Shown here piece by piece: positions 26,909 to 36,156 of a DNA stretch of 64,000 nucleotides. The stretch spans positions 149,388 through 213,387 of the forward strand of contig CAZBFM010000001.1 in assembly GCA_964491455.1 (NCBI GenBank). The letters are read 5' to 3'. The notes beneath the pieces are model-generated. The model saw only the letters and a list, made by a program, of their open reading frames with translations. It made no database searches and was not told the origin of the DNA. The position numbers and the translations under genes are program-made. The stretch comes from an uncultured Candidatus Saccharibacteria bacterium. Its GTDB lineage: Bacteria > Patescibacteriota > Minisyncoccia > 2-02-FULL-40-12 > GWA2-44-9. Within the stretch, counting starts at the first letter, position 1. The number at the start of each line of letters is the position of its first letter.

Positions 26909-27793
26909 ATGATCAACGAACGACATACCCCGGTTCTTTTAGATGAAGTTATTACGTATCTCCAGCCTAAGGAGGGCTCGATGATTCTTGATTGCACGCT
27001 CAATGGTGGTGGTCATGCCGCCGCTGTTGTAGGACGTGGGGCGCGTGTTCTAGGAATTGAATGGGATCCCGTGATTGCTGGTTCGTTCTTTGACCACCAC
27101 CCCGAGCTACGCGATGCGGTTACCGTCATCAATGACAGCTACGTCAATCTTGAGAGAATTTGCCAAGAGCATGATATGCATCCAGATGGCATCCTATTTG
27201 ATTTAGGACTTTCATCGCTCCACTATAGCTCGAGTGGTAGAGGATTTTCATTTCAGAGAGACGAACCGCTCGATATGCGATTCAATCCTGAAACCAATCC
27301 ACGCACGGCGGGTCGCATACTTGCCGAGTACGATCAAGAAGAGCTGGAGAGAGTGTTGTCCGTGTACGGTGAGGAGCAGTTCGCCGGCCAGATCGCCGCG
27401 GCGGTCGTTCTGTCCCGACGAGCTGCCCCTCTTCGTACAACAACTGAACTGGTGAGTCTTATTGAGTCGGTGGTTCCGCCATGGTATCGACATCGCAAGA
27501 TCCACTGCGCTACAAAGACATTTCAAGCACTGCGCATCGAAGTAAACGAAGAGCTTGATAATGTGACGAAGGGCGTTTCAGCAGCAATTCGTGTACTGAA
27601 GTCAGGTGGTCGACTGCTCGTCATTTCATTTCAAGGAGCAGAGGACAAAATTGTTCGAGAACTATTTAAAACAGCAGCGAAAGAGGGTGTCATTGAGTGG
27701 GTGACTCGCAGTACGATTCGCCCAACATGGGCACAGACAAAGGTGAACCCGAGAGCACGAAGCGCAAAACTGAAAATAATTCAAAAAATATGA
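26909..27793 (+). CDS. rsmH: 16S rRNA m4C1402 methyltransferase RsmH (MraW)
   Basis: HTPVLLDEVITYLQPKEGSMILDCTLNGGGHAAAV, FDLGLSSLHY. Confidence 0.9.
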   Translation: MINERHTPVLLDEVITYLQPKEGSMILDCTLNGGGHAAAVVGRGARVLGIEWDPVIAGSFFDHHPELRDAVTVINDSYVNLERICQEHDMHPDGILFDLGLSSLHYSSSGRGFSFQRDEPLDMRFNPETNPRTAGRILAEYDQEELERVLSVYGEEQFAGQIAAAVVLSRRAAPLRTTTELVSLIESVVPPWYRHRKIHCATKTFQALRIEVNEELDNVTKGVSAAIRVLKSGGRLLVISFQGAEDKIVRELFKTAAKEGVIEWVTRSTIRPTWAQTKVNPRARSAKLKIIQKI

Positions 27794-28107
27794 ACACACT
27801 ACAAGCATCGGCAGTGACGAGTGAGAACTCATATGTCGCTGCGTTTAATATCATGTGTAGCTTGGTTATTGTGGCGGCGTTTGCATTCTATTTGATTACT
27901 GCGAACAGTCTCGCCTCTCACGCATGGAAGGCAGCCCAGACGCAGGGTCAATTATCGCAAGGACTTAATGAGCGTAATGCACTTATCGATCAGCAGGCAG
28001 CTCTCGAGGACCGTACTCGACTAGAATCGTTTGCGCTTGCATCAGGCATGATTGTAGATAGTGGATTAGTGTATCTCGTAGAGGCAACATCCGTGGCAGC
28101 GCGATAG
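27790..28107 (+). CDS. ftsL: FtsL-like cell division protein
   Basis: ATG overlaps the rsmH TGA (ATGA). One TM (FNIMCSLVIVAAFAFYLI) followed by a coiled coil. Position is between rsmH and ftsI. Confidence 0.6.
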   Translation: MNTLQASAVTSENSYVAAFNIMCSLVIVAAFAFYLITANSLASHAWKAAQTQGQLSQGLNERNALIDQQAALEDRTRLESFALASGMIVDSGLVYLVEATSVAAR

Positions 28108-28138
28108 CATCTCTGCAGTATTTTGGTATTGTTGAGTT

Positions 28139-29854
28139 GTGCCCAATACGATACCCAAACAACGAATTGTATTCGTGCTGAGTGGTATGGTGCTTGCGCT
28201 CGCAATCGTTGCGTGGCGCATTGTTGTGTTGAGTTGGTTTCAACACGCCACGTATGCGGAAATTGCGCGATCGCAATCTGAAGGAGTGAGAAACGTATTG
28301 CTGCGAGGAAATATTTATCTCTCCGACAGTAATGGACGCGAGCGACTCGTGGCAACTAATAAGAAGTTTCCCGTGCTGCTGATTGCACCTTTGGAATTCA
28401 GTTCAGAGGATTCACGCATCACGATCGCGGAACTCGCATCCGTATCGGGTGCTAGCGTTGAAGCTATTTCTGCTGCGGTGACATCCGGTGCTTCGGGTGT
28501 GCGCGTCGTACAAAAAAAGCTGACCGATCAACAGGTGAAGACAATAGAGATGCTCCGTATCCCTGGTGTGAGTATTGGCTACGAGACTGATCGCTCGTAT
28601 CCCTCGGGGTTGCTTGCCGCTGACGCAATTGGCTTTCTCGGTTACAGCTCGACGGGCAGGTCTGGTCAGTATGGCGTGGAGTCTTCCTATGAGGAGCAGC
28701 TGACGGGGCATGCGCCGCAGGCATCTCGAGTGAGGTGGAAGATTTGGGAGCAGCTGTTCTCGTATTTTGGATTTCATAATGACGGTACGGTGATCGAGGA
28801 TAGCCCGAATGATCTTATCCTTTCGCTGGATTCGAATATTCAGGAATATGCTCAAGCGGTATTAACGAATGTTCTTAAGAAGTATCAAGCAGCTTCAGGC
28901 ACACTCATAGTGCAGGATCCGCAAACGGGAAAGATTCTCGCTCTAGCGGATAATCCGACCTATAATCCAAATGCATACGGTGGTGCAACAACGGAGTCGT
29001 TCCGCATTGGAGCGCTTTCTCCGTTTGAGCCCGGCTCTTCTATGAAGCCATTTACCATAGCTATGGGACTTGAGCGACAACTCATCACTCCTGAGACTAC
29101 GTTTCTTGATAGTGGCGACGTGGTCGTGGATGGATACAATATAAAAAACTACAACGAAGGTCACTTCGGATTAGTGACGATGACGCGCATACTTGAAAAG
29201 AGTATTAACACGGGCGTGATGTGGGTTCAGCAAAAGGTTGGCAATGAATCGTTTCGAGATTTTACGGTGAACTTTGGCTTTGGCCAGCAGACCGGCGTCG
29301 ATTTGCCAGGGGAGTCGAGTGGCGATATTAGTAATCTCTACAGGGAGAATCGAATATACTTTATGACAGCCTCGTTTGGACAGGGTATTACCGTAACTCC
29401 GTTGCAATTGATTTCGGGCTATAGCGCTATCGCAAATGGCGGCTCACTAATGCGCCCCTATATTGTCGATGCTATTCGTGACGCACATGGCGTCGTCACA
29501 AAAACGCAACCAAAAGTAATGGGTACTCCCATATCTCCACGAACTGCAGCGCAACTTCGAGCGATGCTCACGTCAGTGGTGGATAATGGCTTCGACAAAG
29601 CACGTATCCCGCGCTACGATGTCGCTGGTAAGACCGGTACTGCACAAATCGCAAGCCCCACAGGTGGCTATCTTGAGAATCAGTACAATCATAGCTTCGT
29701 GGGGTTTGCACCGGCGAGCAATCCGCGATTCGTTATTCTCATTCGCATGGAAAAACCAAAAGGGATCACGTTTGCTGCAGACAGCTTGAGTCCCGCATTT
29801 CGTGACATGGCAAAATATCTCCTCGACTACATGAATATACCTCCTACCCGATGA
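28139..29854 (+). CDS. ftsI: Penicillin-binding protein 2/FtsI-type transpeptidase
   Basis: N-terminal TM, SSMKPFT (SxxK), KSINTG (SxN-like), KTGTAQ (KTG). Confidence 0.85.
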   Translation: MPNTIPKQRIVFVLSGMVLALAIVAWRIVVLSWFQHATYAEIARSQSEGVRNVLLRGNIYLSDSNGRERLVATNKKFPVLLIAPLEFSSEDSRITIAELASVSGASVEAISAAVTSGASGVRVVQKKLTDQQVKTIEMLRIPGVSIGYETDRSYPSGLLAADAIGFLGYSSTGRSGQYGVESSYEEQLTGHAPQASRVRWKIWEQLFSYFGFHNDGTVIEDSPNDLILSLDSNIQEYAQAVLTNVLKKYQAASGTLIVQDPQTGKILALADNPTYNPNAYGGATTESFRIGALSPFEPGSSMKPFTIAMGLERQLITPETTFLDSGDVVVDGYNIKNYNEGHFGLVTMTRILEKSINTGVMWVQQKVGNESFRDFTVNFGFGQQTGVDLPGESSGDISNLYRENRIYFMTASFGQGITVTPLQLISGYSAIANGGSLMRPYIVDAIRDAHGVVTKTQPKVMGTPISPRTAAQLRAMLTSVVDNGFDKARIPRYDVAGKTGTAQIASPTGGYLENQYNHSFVGFAPASNPRFVILIRMEKPKGITFAADSLSPAFRDMAKYLLDYMNIPPTR

Positions 29855-31140
29855 GAAAAACGCTGCTTCAATTTATAGTGCGCAAGATTGCACGTGCAAT
29901 CATTGCTCGAAAAAAGCCGATCATTATAGCCATCACAGGGAATGTTGGTAAAACAACGACGAAGGATGCAGTATATTCTGTTCTTCGCTCGAGGTTTTTC
30001 GTTCGTGCTACGGGGGGGAATCTTAACAATGAATTGGGAGTCCCGCTGACGATCATTGGTGACTTTACTGAATCGTACTATCGCGCCACGAGTCCATTCT
30101 GGTTTTGGCTGAGCGTCGTGTGGATGGGACTGGGCGCTCTTGTGCGAGATGACAGCTATCCTGATGTGCTCGTACTGGAGTATGGAGCCGATCGACCAGG
30201 CGATATTGAGCGTTTGGTCTCTGCGTACCCGCCGCATATAGCCGTGGTTACTCATGTGGGTGAGGTGCCTGTTCACGTAGAGAATTTTGCATCGGTCCGA
30301 CAATTGGCTAATGAAAAAGCGAAGCTCATTTCTCGATTATTGCCTACGGGTGTTGCGGTGCTCAGTTATGATGACCCCGTTGTGCTCGAAATGAGATCGC
30401 ACACGCGAGGACGCGTGGTGACGTTTGGATCCGGCGAGGGCTCAGATGTACGATTGGCAAATCTTCGCCCCAGGCTCGATGGCGTCAGGCCAGTGGGTAC
30501 GAGTTTTGATATCACCACGCATCAGCATAGTATGCCAGTAATGATTTCTGGTGTTCTCGGTGTGGGCATTGCGAAGGCAAGTGCAGCAGCGGTCGCGGTC
30601 GCGTTGGCTATGGACATGACGCTCACTGAGGCAACTGAAGCGCTATCACAGATGACCACGCCTGCTGGGCGTATGCGTATTCTCGATGGTATACGAGGGA
30701 CCACAATTATTGACGATACCTATAATGCATCTCCAGCGGCGATGCAATCGGCCATTGATACCGTACGTGCTATACCTGCCTCACGACACGTGTTTGTACT
30801 TGGTGATATGCGGGAGCTAGGGGTGCATAGTGCGCACGCCCATCAGGCAATCGGTCGACTGGTTGCCGATTACGCGGGAGTATTAGTCTGCGTAGGCACA
30901 CAAGGAGCTCTTATTGCTGACGCGGCAGCAGCGAGTATGCCCCATGAGCACATCCATCGAGCGTCGGATTCTCGTGAGGCAGCGAATCTTGTCCAGCAGC
31001 TATTGCGAACAGGCGATTTGGTGCTCGTGAAGGGTTCGCAAGGAGTGCGAATGGAGTTCATCGTGCAAGAGGTGATGGCGCGACCTGAGCAGTCCTCGCG
31101 ACTGTTGGTGCGGCAGTCAGCATCCTGGTTGCAAAAATAA
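29851..31140 (+). CDS. murF: UDP-MurNAc-pentapeptide synthetase MurF
   Basis: IAITGNVGKTTTKDAV (P-loop), GTTIIDDTYNASPAAMQSAI, VFVLGDMRELG. Confidence 0.85.
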   Translation: MRKTLLQFIVRKIARAIIARKKPIIIAITGNVGKTTTKDAVYSVLRSRFFVRATGGNLNNELGVPLTIIGDFTESYYRATSPFWFWLSVVWMGLGALVRDDSYPDVLVLEYGADRPGDIERLVSAYPPHIAVVTHVGEVPVHVENFASVRQLANEKAKLISRLLPTGVAVLSYDDPVVLEMRSHTRGRVVTFGSGEGSDVRLANLRPRLDGVRPVGTSFDITTHQHSMPVMISGVLGVGIAKASAAAVAVALAMDMTLTEATEALSQMTTPAGRMRILDGIRGTTIIDDTYNASPAAMQSAIDTVRAIPASRHVFVLGDMRELGVHSAHAHQAIGRLVADYAGVLVCVGTQGALIADAAAASMPHEHIHRASDSREAANLVQQLLRTGDLVLVKGSQGVRMEFIVQEVMARPEQSSRLLVRQSASWLQK

Positions 31141-31160
31141 CGCCACCATTTCTGGTGGCG
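31133..31160. terminator. Bidirectional terminator between murF(+) and the HAD-like gene(-)
   Basis: aaaaataa-cgccacca-tttc-tggtggcg. Confidence 0.6.
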
Positions 31161-31166
31161 TGTTGG

Positions 31167-31598
31167 CTATTCGCTGAGCATCGAAATCGCTTGCTGTGCT
31201 TCTCGCGCGGTCATGCCAGTTCGCCAATTTGTGCGGACAAGTCGATGGCCATACGGGGTAAGGTGCGCGCCGATTGCATCGTCAAGAATGACGAAATTCG
31301 TAACGGGTGCTATTTGCTCATTGAGCCATTCGGTGATCGCATCACCGCGAGGCTCGCGATAGCGAGTAACTCCGATTACGGAAGCGTCTGCGATGCCACG
31401 ATTGCGGAACAAGACTCGTAGCTCATGCTCCGAAATTGTTCTCCCAAGCGCTCCAGTCACGACAATCTTGGCACCCGTTGTTTCAACGATACGACGTAGG
31501 CTTTGGGAGGGGATTTCATCGAATCCATCAAATCGCGTGCGCGCAGCTGATTGCTGGCAATTCATAACGCCATCGATGTCGAGAAATATAATTTTCAT
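31167..31598 (-). CDS. HAD-like domain protein (phosphatase-like, small)
   Basis: MKIIFLDIDGVMN is a HAD motif I. 143 aa. Confidence 0.6.
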   Translation of the reverse strand: MKIIFLDIDGVMNCQQSAARTRFDGFDEIPSQSLRRIVETTGAKIVVTGALGRTISEHELRVLFRNRGIADASVIGVTRYREPRGDAITEWLNEQIAPVTNFVILDDAIGAHLTPYGHRLVRTNWRTGMTAREAQQAISMLSE

Positions 31599-31678
31599 AG
31601 TGCTCCTGGCTTGCGAAAGTGCGAATCTGCTGTATTATAGTACAGCTCGTTTCAGAATTGTCGAGCATCGGAGGTAGT

Positions 31679-31948
31679 ATGAGTCCAGAAGAGACCGGCA
31701 GAATGCGAACTGCTATTGAGGCACAACAGGATCAATACGCAGATGAATTCGAGGAAATGCTTGAGCGCTTAGGCGATGTTCCGATGGGAGAGTTCACACT
31801 CGCCGAAGCACTCGTTATCAATCGATTTGCATTGGCCGACCAATTCCAGTTCAGGCCACACTTCGAAGTGGAAGACCTTGAGCTATTGCGCCAGGCAGAG
31901 ATTCGAATCCAGCGTCAACGCGCACTGCGAGAAAAAAGCGAGGAGTAG
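31679..31948 (+). CDS. Hypothetical small acidic protein (89 aa)
   Basis: GGAGG RBS 5 nt upstream of the ATG. Glu/Asp-rich. Confidence 0.4.
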   Translation: MSPEETGRMRTAIEAQQDQYADEFEEMLERLGDVPMGEFTLAEALVINRFALADQFQFRPHFEVEDLELLRQAEIRIQRQRALREKSEE

Positions 31949-31951
31949 CCC

Positions 31952-32236
31952 ATGGGTTGCAATGATGGTTTCGATGACGCGCACATTGAGCGAATGCGTC
32001 GACAGGGTGAAATTCGAAGAATTCGCGAAAGATTCGGTCCGGTGAAGATAGGCGAGATGACATTTGCTGAATCTCGAGTTCTGCACAGCACGAGCGAAGA
32101 CTTGAGCGATGCAGACTTGGCTACGCTGAAAGCGGCTGAACGACGGATCTTCTGGGCGAAGGAACGCAAGGGCGATCCGTACAATGCGGGCAAGGCCCGT
32201 GGTTCCTACTGGACCCCGGGAAGAAATCACATTTAG
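31952..32236 (+). CDS. Hypothetical small basic protein (94 aa)
   Basis: Starts 3 nt after the previous stop. Arg/Lys-rich. Confidence 0.4.
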   Translation: MGCNDGFDDAHIERMRRQGEIRRIRERFGPVKIGEMTFAESRVLHSTSEDLSDADLATLKAAERRIFWAKERKGDPYNAGKARGSYWTPGRNHI

Positions 32237-32242
32237 TCGCGC

Positions 32243-32267
32243 GCCCCACCTGTGTGGGGCTTTTTCT
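32243..32267 (+). terminator. Rho-independent terminator
   Basis: gccccac-ctgt-gtggggc followed by TTTTT. Confidence 0.75.
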
Positions 32268-32307
32268 TGCCTCCTGCCCTTTCATGGGTTATACTACATT
32301 ACCGTAT

Positions 32308-32385
32308 GGCCTTGTCGTCTAGCCCGGTCTAGGACACTAGATTCTCATTCTAGTAACACGGGTTCGAATCCCGTCGAGGCTACCA
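32308..32385 (+). tRNA. tRNA-Glu (anticodon CUC), CCA encoded
   Basis: Architecture parallels canonical tRNA-Glu: acceptor ggccttg/cgaggct, D-arm gtctagcccggtctaggac, anticodon arm ctaga-ttCTCat-tctag, T-arm acgggttcgaatcccgt, 3' acca. Confidence 0.8.
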
Positions 32386-32430
32386 AGTTGACAGAATTAC
32401 CGGTATTTGCTAGTATTTCAAGACTTTCGT

Positions 32431-32745
32431 ATGCAATTCGCTGTAATCAAAACTGGTGGCAAGCAATATATCGTCCGCAAGGGCGATGTTGTGACCATTG
32501 AAAAGCTCGTCCACGACGGTAAATCAGTTACCTTTGATCAGGTGCTTTTGATTGCCGATGAAAAAAAGGCAACCATTGGGCAGCCTGTTATCAAGGGTGC
32601 TACCGTTGATGCTTCCGTGATCGAAGATGGTAAGGGCGAAAAGAAGATGGTATTTCGCTACAAAGCGAAGACTCGCTCAAAGAAGAAGAAGGGTCATCGC
32701 CAGCCATTCACCAAAGTTAAAATCGAAGCTATCTCTGCAAAATAG
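32431..32745 (+). CDS. rplU: Ribosomal protein L21
   Basis: MQFAVIKTGGKQYIVRKGDVVTIEKL... Confidence 0.9.
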   Translation: MQFAVIKTGGKQYIVRKGDVVTIEKLVHDGKSVTFDQVLLIADEKKATIGQPVIKGATVDASVIEDGKGEKKMVFRYKAKTRSKKKKGHRQPFTKVKIEAISAK

Positions 32746-32746
32746 A

Positions 32747-32770
32747 ACACCCGCTTGGGTGTTTTATTTA
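32747..32770. terminator. Terminator hairpin after rplU, overlapping the recR stop
   Basis: aacaccc-gctt-gggtgtt followed by ttattta. Confidence 0.6.
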
Positions 32771-33363
32771 CGACTCTCAAGTGCGTGACGGAGGGTTATT
32801 TCGTCGGCATATTCAAGATGCGTACCTGTCGAAAGACCGCGTGCAAGTCTGGTTGTGCGTACCACTGGGATGGAGCGGAAGAGGTCGCGAAGGTACATCG
32901 CCGTCATCTCGCCGCTTGAGGTCGGATTTGTTGCTAGTACTAATTCAACGGTGCCGGCTTCTCGTGCAATGCGATCGACGCGTTCGGCTAGCTCACGGAT
33001 GCGGAGGTGTTCAGGCCCAATGTTGTTTACGGGCGCTATTGAGCCGCCAAGGACATGATAGAGGCCTTTCCAGAGGCCTGAACGCTCGACCGACTGCAGA
33101 TCCGTAATCATTTCAACCACCATGATAGCCTTTGCATCGCGATGATTGTCTCGGCACACTGAGCAGAGATCGCCGTCGGAGACATTAAAGCATTCGGGGC
33201 ATTTCTTAATGCGCGTCTTTAATTCACGGATCGCGTCACCGAGTTCATCGAGTTCCGATTGATGCCGGTCCAAAAGTGCAAGCACCATACGTGAAGCGGC
33301 CCGAGGTCCTATGCCAGGAAGTTTTTGAAAGAGTTTTGCGACCGATGAAAAGAGAGGATCCAT
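32764..33363 (-). CDS. recR: Recombination protein RecR
   Basis: LPGIGPRAASRM (HhH), CPECFNVSDGDLCSVC (C4 zinc finger), Toprim region. Confidence 0.9.
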   Translation of the reverse strand: MDPLFSSVAKLFQKLPGIGPRAASRMVLALLDRHQSELDELGDAIRELKTRIKKCPECFNVSDGDLCSVCRDNHRDAKAIMVVEMITDLQSVERSGLWKGLYHVLGGSIAPVNNIGPEHLRIRELAERVDRIAREAGTVELVLATNPTSSGEMTAMYLRDLFRSIPVVRTTRLARGLSTGTHLEYADEITLRHALESRK

Positions 33364-34733
33364 TAGAGGAAGTCAGAATCAGCGTGTACTGTATCAATTT
33401 CCGAGAACTCAAGGTTTTCAGGATTGATGTGAAAATCAATATCACCGGTTGGACCATTGCGGTGTTTGGCTATCATGAGCGTTGCCATGTTCGCCTTGCC
33501 TTCTTCTTGAGCGCGCTGGAAATTCACCTTGTCATCGCGATGAATGAACATAACGACGTCTGCGTCTTGCTCGATGGAACCCGAATCGCGCAAATCTGAA
33601 AGTCGAGGGCGTGCCCCAACTTCGCGGTTTTCCACGGCACGCGATAGCTGAGACAGGGCAACGACTGGAATATTGAGCTCCTTGGCAAGACCCTTGAGCC
33701 CGCGAGATATTTCAGTGACTTGTTGAACGGCGGAGTCGTAGTTGCGTCGCGCGCTCATGAGCTGTAAGTAATCGATGAACAGAATACCGAGTCCATGCTC
33801 GGCTTTGAGCCGTCGTGCCATTGCTCGCATTTGCATAATGTTGAGGCCTGGGGTGTCGTCGATGAAGATTGGCATATCGCGTAGCGATGATATGGCGTTC
33901 GTAATTTTAAGAAAATCATTGTACTCACCGTCATGACTCAACTTGCCTGTGCGCAATTTCCACAACGACGCTTTGGCTTTCGAAGATATAAGACGGTCGA
34001 CGACCTGGTCGACGCTCATTTCTAAGCTAAAAATACCAACAGGCGTTTGCTGCTCCGCGATGCGACGCGCTAAATCGATGGTGAATGCCGTTTTACCAAC
34101 TGACGGTCGAGCAGCAAGAATGATGAGGTCCGATTTCTGGAAGCCGCCCAGTGTCTGGTCGAGCTTGATGTGATTGGTGCCAACGCCGCGCAGGCGCCCG
34201 TCATCTTGCGTCTGGATGCGGTCCATCGCGCGATCGAGCTCGCTGGAGAGTGCATCAAACTTATTTGAAAGTGTTTTCTGGGTGACTGCGAAGAGTTGCT
34301 GTTCAGCTTCACCCAGAATTGCGTCAATGTCCTCGTCTTCACGGTGCGCAAGCGACTGCAACCGATTGGATACGTCGAGGAGGTCGCGAAGACTCTTCTT
34401 ACGTTGAACGATGCGCGCATATGTTTGCACGTGTGCAGATGTTGGCACTTCGCTCGCAAGTGACGTGAGGAACGCAGACCCTCCGATAGCGTCGAGCTGG
34501 CCCTTATCTTTCAAGCGAGTGCTCACTGACAGGATGTCTATGTTTTCACGGCCCTCCCAGAGATCGGTCAACGCGGCCCAAATGAGCTGGTGACTGCGTT
34601 GGTAGAAGTGGTCCGCAGAGACCATGTCAACCACGCGATTGATCGCCTCGCGATCTGTGAGGAGTGATCCTATGAGTGATTTCTCAGCTTCTAGGTTTTG
34701 TGGAGGACCTTTGTCGGGCAGCGATGTTGGCAT
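33363..34733 (-). CDS. dnaB: Replicative DNA helicase DnaB
   Basis: LIILAARPSVGKTAFTIDLA (Walker A), LGILFIDYLQLM, and SQLSRAVENR; an N-terminal DnaB domain precedes them. Confidence 0.9.
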   Translation of the reverse strand: MPTSLPDKGPPQNLEAEKSLIGSLLTDREAINRVVDMVSADHFYQRSHQLIWAALTDLWEGRENIDILSVSTRLKDKGQLDAIGGSAFLTSLASEVPTSAHVQTYARIVQRKKSLRDLLDVSNRLQSLAHREDEDIDAILGEAEQQLFAVTQKTLSNKFDALSSELDRAMDRIQTQDDGRLRGVGTNHIKLDQTLGGFQKSDLIILAARPSVGKTAFTIDLARRIAEQQTPVGIFSLEMSVDQVVDRLISSKAKASLWKLRTGKLSHDGEYNDFLKITNAISSLRDMPIFIDDTPGLNIMQMRAMARRLKAEHGLGILFIDYLQLMSARRNYDSAVQQVTEISRGLKGLAKELNIPVVALSQLSRAVENREVGARPRLSDLRDSGSIEQDADVVMFIHRDDKVNFQRAQEEGKANMATLMIAKHRNGPTGDIDFHINPENLEFSEIDTVHADSDFL

Positions 34734-34820
34734 GGGTGGTTGAGTGCATGTAGTATCCTCAAAAAAAGAAACCTCCGCAAATGAATTGTGGACGGATTGT
34801 GCAGAACTTAGCTCACACTA

Positions 34821-36152
34821 CTAGATGTTCTTCACGAGGGGTCCGTATGGGGTGTCGTCGACGCTATAGCCAAGTGCCAAAAGTTCGCTGCGAATACGAT
34901 CAGACGTCGAAAAATCTCTTGCATCACGAGCCTGCTGTCGGGCATCAATTTTTGATTGTATATCAGCCGGAATAGTCGTGTGGGTATTAGGTACTATTCC
35001 AAATATAGATGAGAGAAACTCAAAAAATGCGGGCGCTGGCACGACATTCCGGGAATTAGCATCACGAATGATAGTAAAAATTGCCGCGAATGCCTCCGCT
35101 GTATTGAAGTCATTATCCATTGCAGCCTCTACAGAATCGAGCGAGAAGTTTTCTATGGTGCCAGATTTGCGTGCCAATTCACCAATACGACCAACTGCCG
35201 CGTGTGCCGCATTGAGTGATGTGTCGTTGAACTCGAGCGGAGATCGATAGTGATTGCTCAAAAAATAAAATCGCAAAACTGCTGGGTCAACAGTTTGGAG
35301 TGTTTCATGCAATGTAGAAAAGTTGCCGATGGACTTAGACATCTTCTCGCTGTTTGCTTCTAAAAAGCCAGCGTGCATCCAATATCGGACGAAGGGGATG
35401 AGACCAGAGGATGCCTCTTGCTGGGCGATTTCAGCTTCGTGGTGAGGGAACTTCAGATCCATACCACCACCATGAATGTCATACTGAGGTCCAAAGACGC
35501 TTTCGGTTATTGCCGTGTCTTCAATATGCCAGCCGGGTCGTCCTGCACCGAGTTCCGCATCTGACCACGTAGGCTCGCCTGGTTTTGAGAGTTTCCAAAG
35601 ACAGAAATCTCCTGATGTTCGCTTCTTGTCGGAATCATCAATGCGCGAGACCGCGTCATTCGCATTGACGCCAGTGCGACCAGAGAGCTTGCCGTAGTCA
35701 GGGAATGACGAGATGTCAAAATACCATCCGTCGTTTTCTATGAGATAAGCGTTGCCCCTATCTCGAAGTGATTTAACCTGCGTGATGACCTGGGGTATAT
35801 GGTCAGTCGCTCGGAGGTATTCCGTGACAGCAGTGTTGCCAAGCGACAGCATGTCGGCGCGAAAATACTCATCATATGTTCGGGCATATTCGAGGGGTTC
35901 CACGCCAGCTTCGGCTGCACGCTTGATAATCTTATCGTCGATATCGGTGACATTTTGGATGTACCGCACATCGTAGCCTCGATGTCGGAGCCATTTTGCC
36001 ACAACATCGAAGATCGTGAATGTGCGTGCATTGCCCAGATGGACACGATCATAGACCGTGGGGCCACAGACGAACATATCAAGGTGCCCGGGGTTACGCG
36101 GAGTTAATTCGTCAACTTTGCGCGTACGTGAATTGTAGAGACGAATAGTCAT
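34821..36152 (-). CDS. cysS: Cysteinyl-tRNA synthetase
   Basis: FVCGPTVYDRVHLGNART (HIGH-type) and KMSKSIGN (KMSKS). Confidence 0.9.
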   Translation of the reverse strand: MTIRLYNSRTRKVDELTPRNPGHLDMFVCGPTVYDRVHLGNARTFTIFDVVAKWLRHRGYDVRYIQNVTDIDDKIIKRAAEAGVEPLEYARTYDEYFRADMLSLGNTAVTEYLRATDHIPQVITQVKSLRDRGNAYLIENDGWYFDISSFPDYGKLSGRTGVNANDAVSRIDDSDKKRTSGDFCLWKLSKPGEPTWSDAELGAGRPGWHIEDTAITESVFGPQYDIHGGGMDLKFPHHEAEIAQQEASSGLIPFVRYWMHAGFLEANSEKMSKSIGNFSTLHETLQTVDPAVLRFYFLSNHYRSPLEFNDTSLNAAHAAVGRIGELARKSGTIENFSLDSVEAAMDNDFNTAEAFAAIFTIIRDANSRNVVPAPAFFEFLSSIFGIVPNTHTTIPADIQSKIDARQQARDARDFSTSDRIRSELLALGYSVDDTPYGPLVKNI

Positions 36153-36156
36153 GGAG

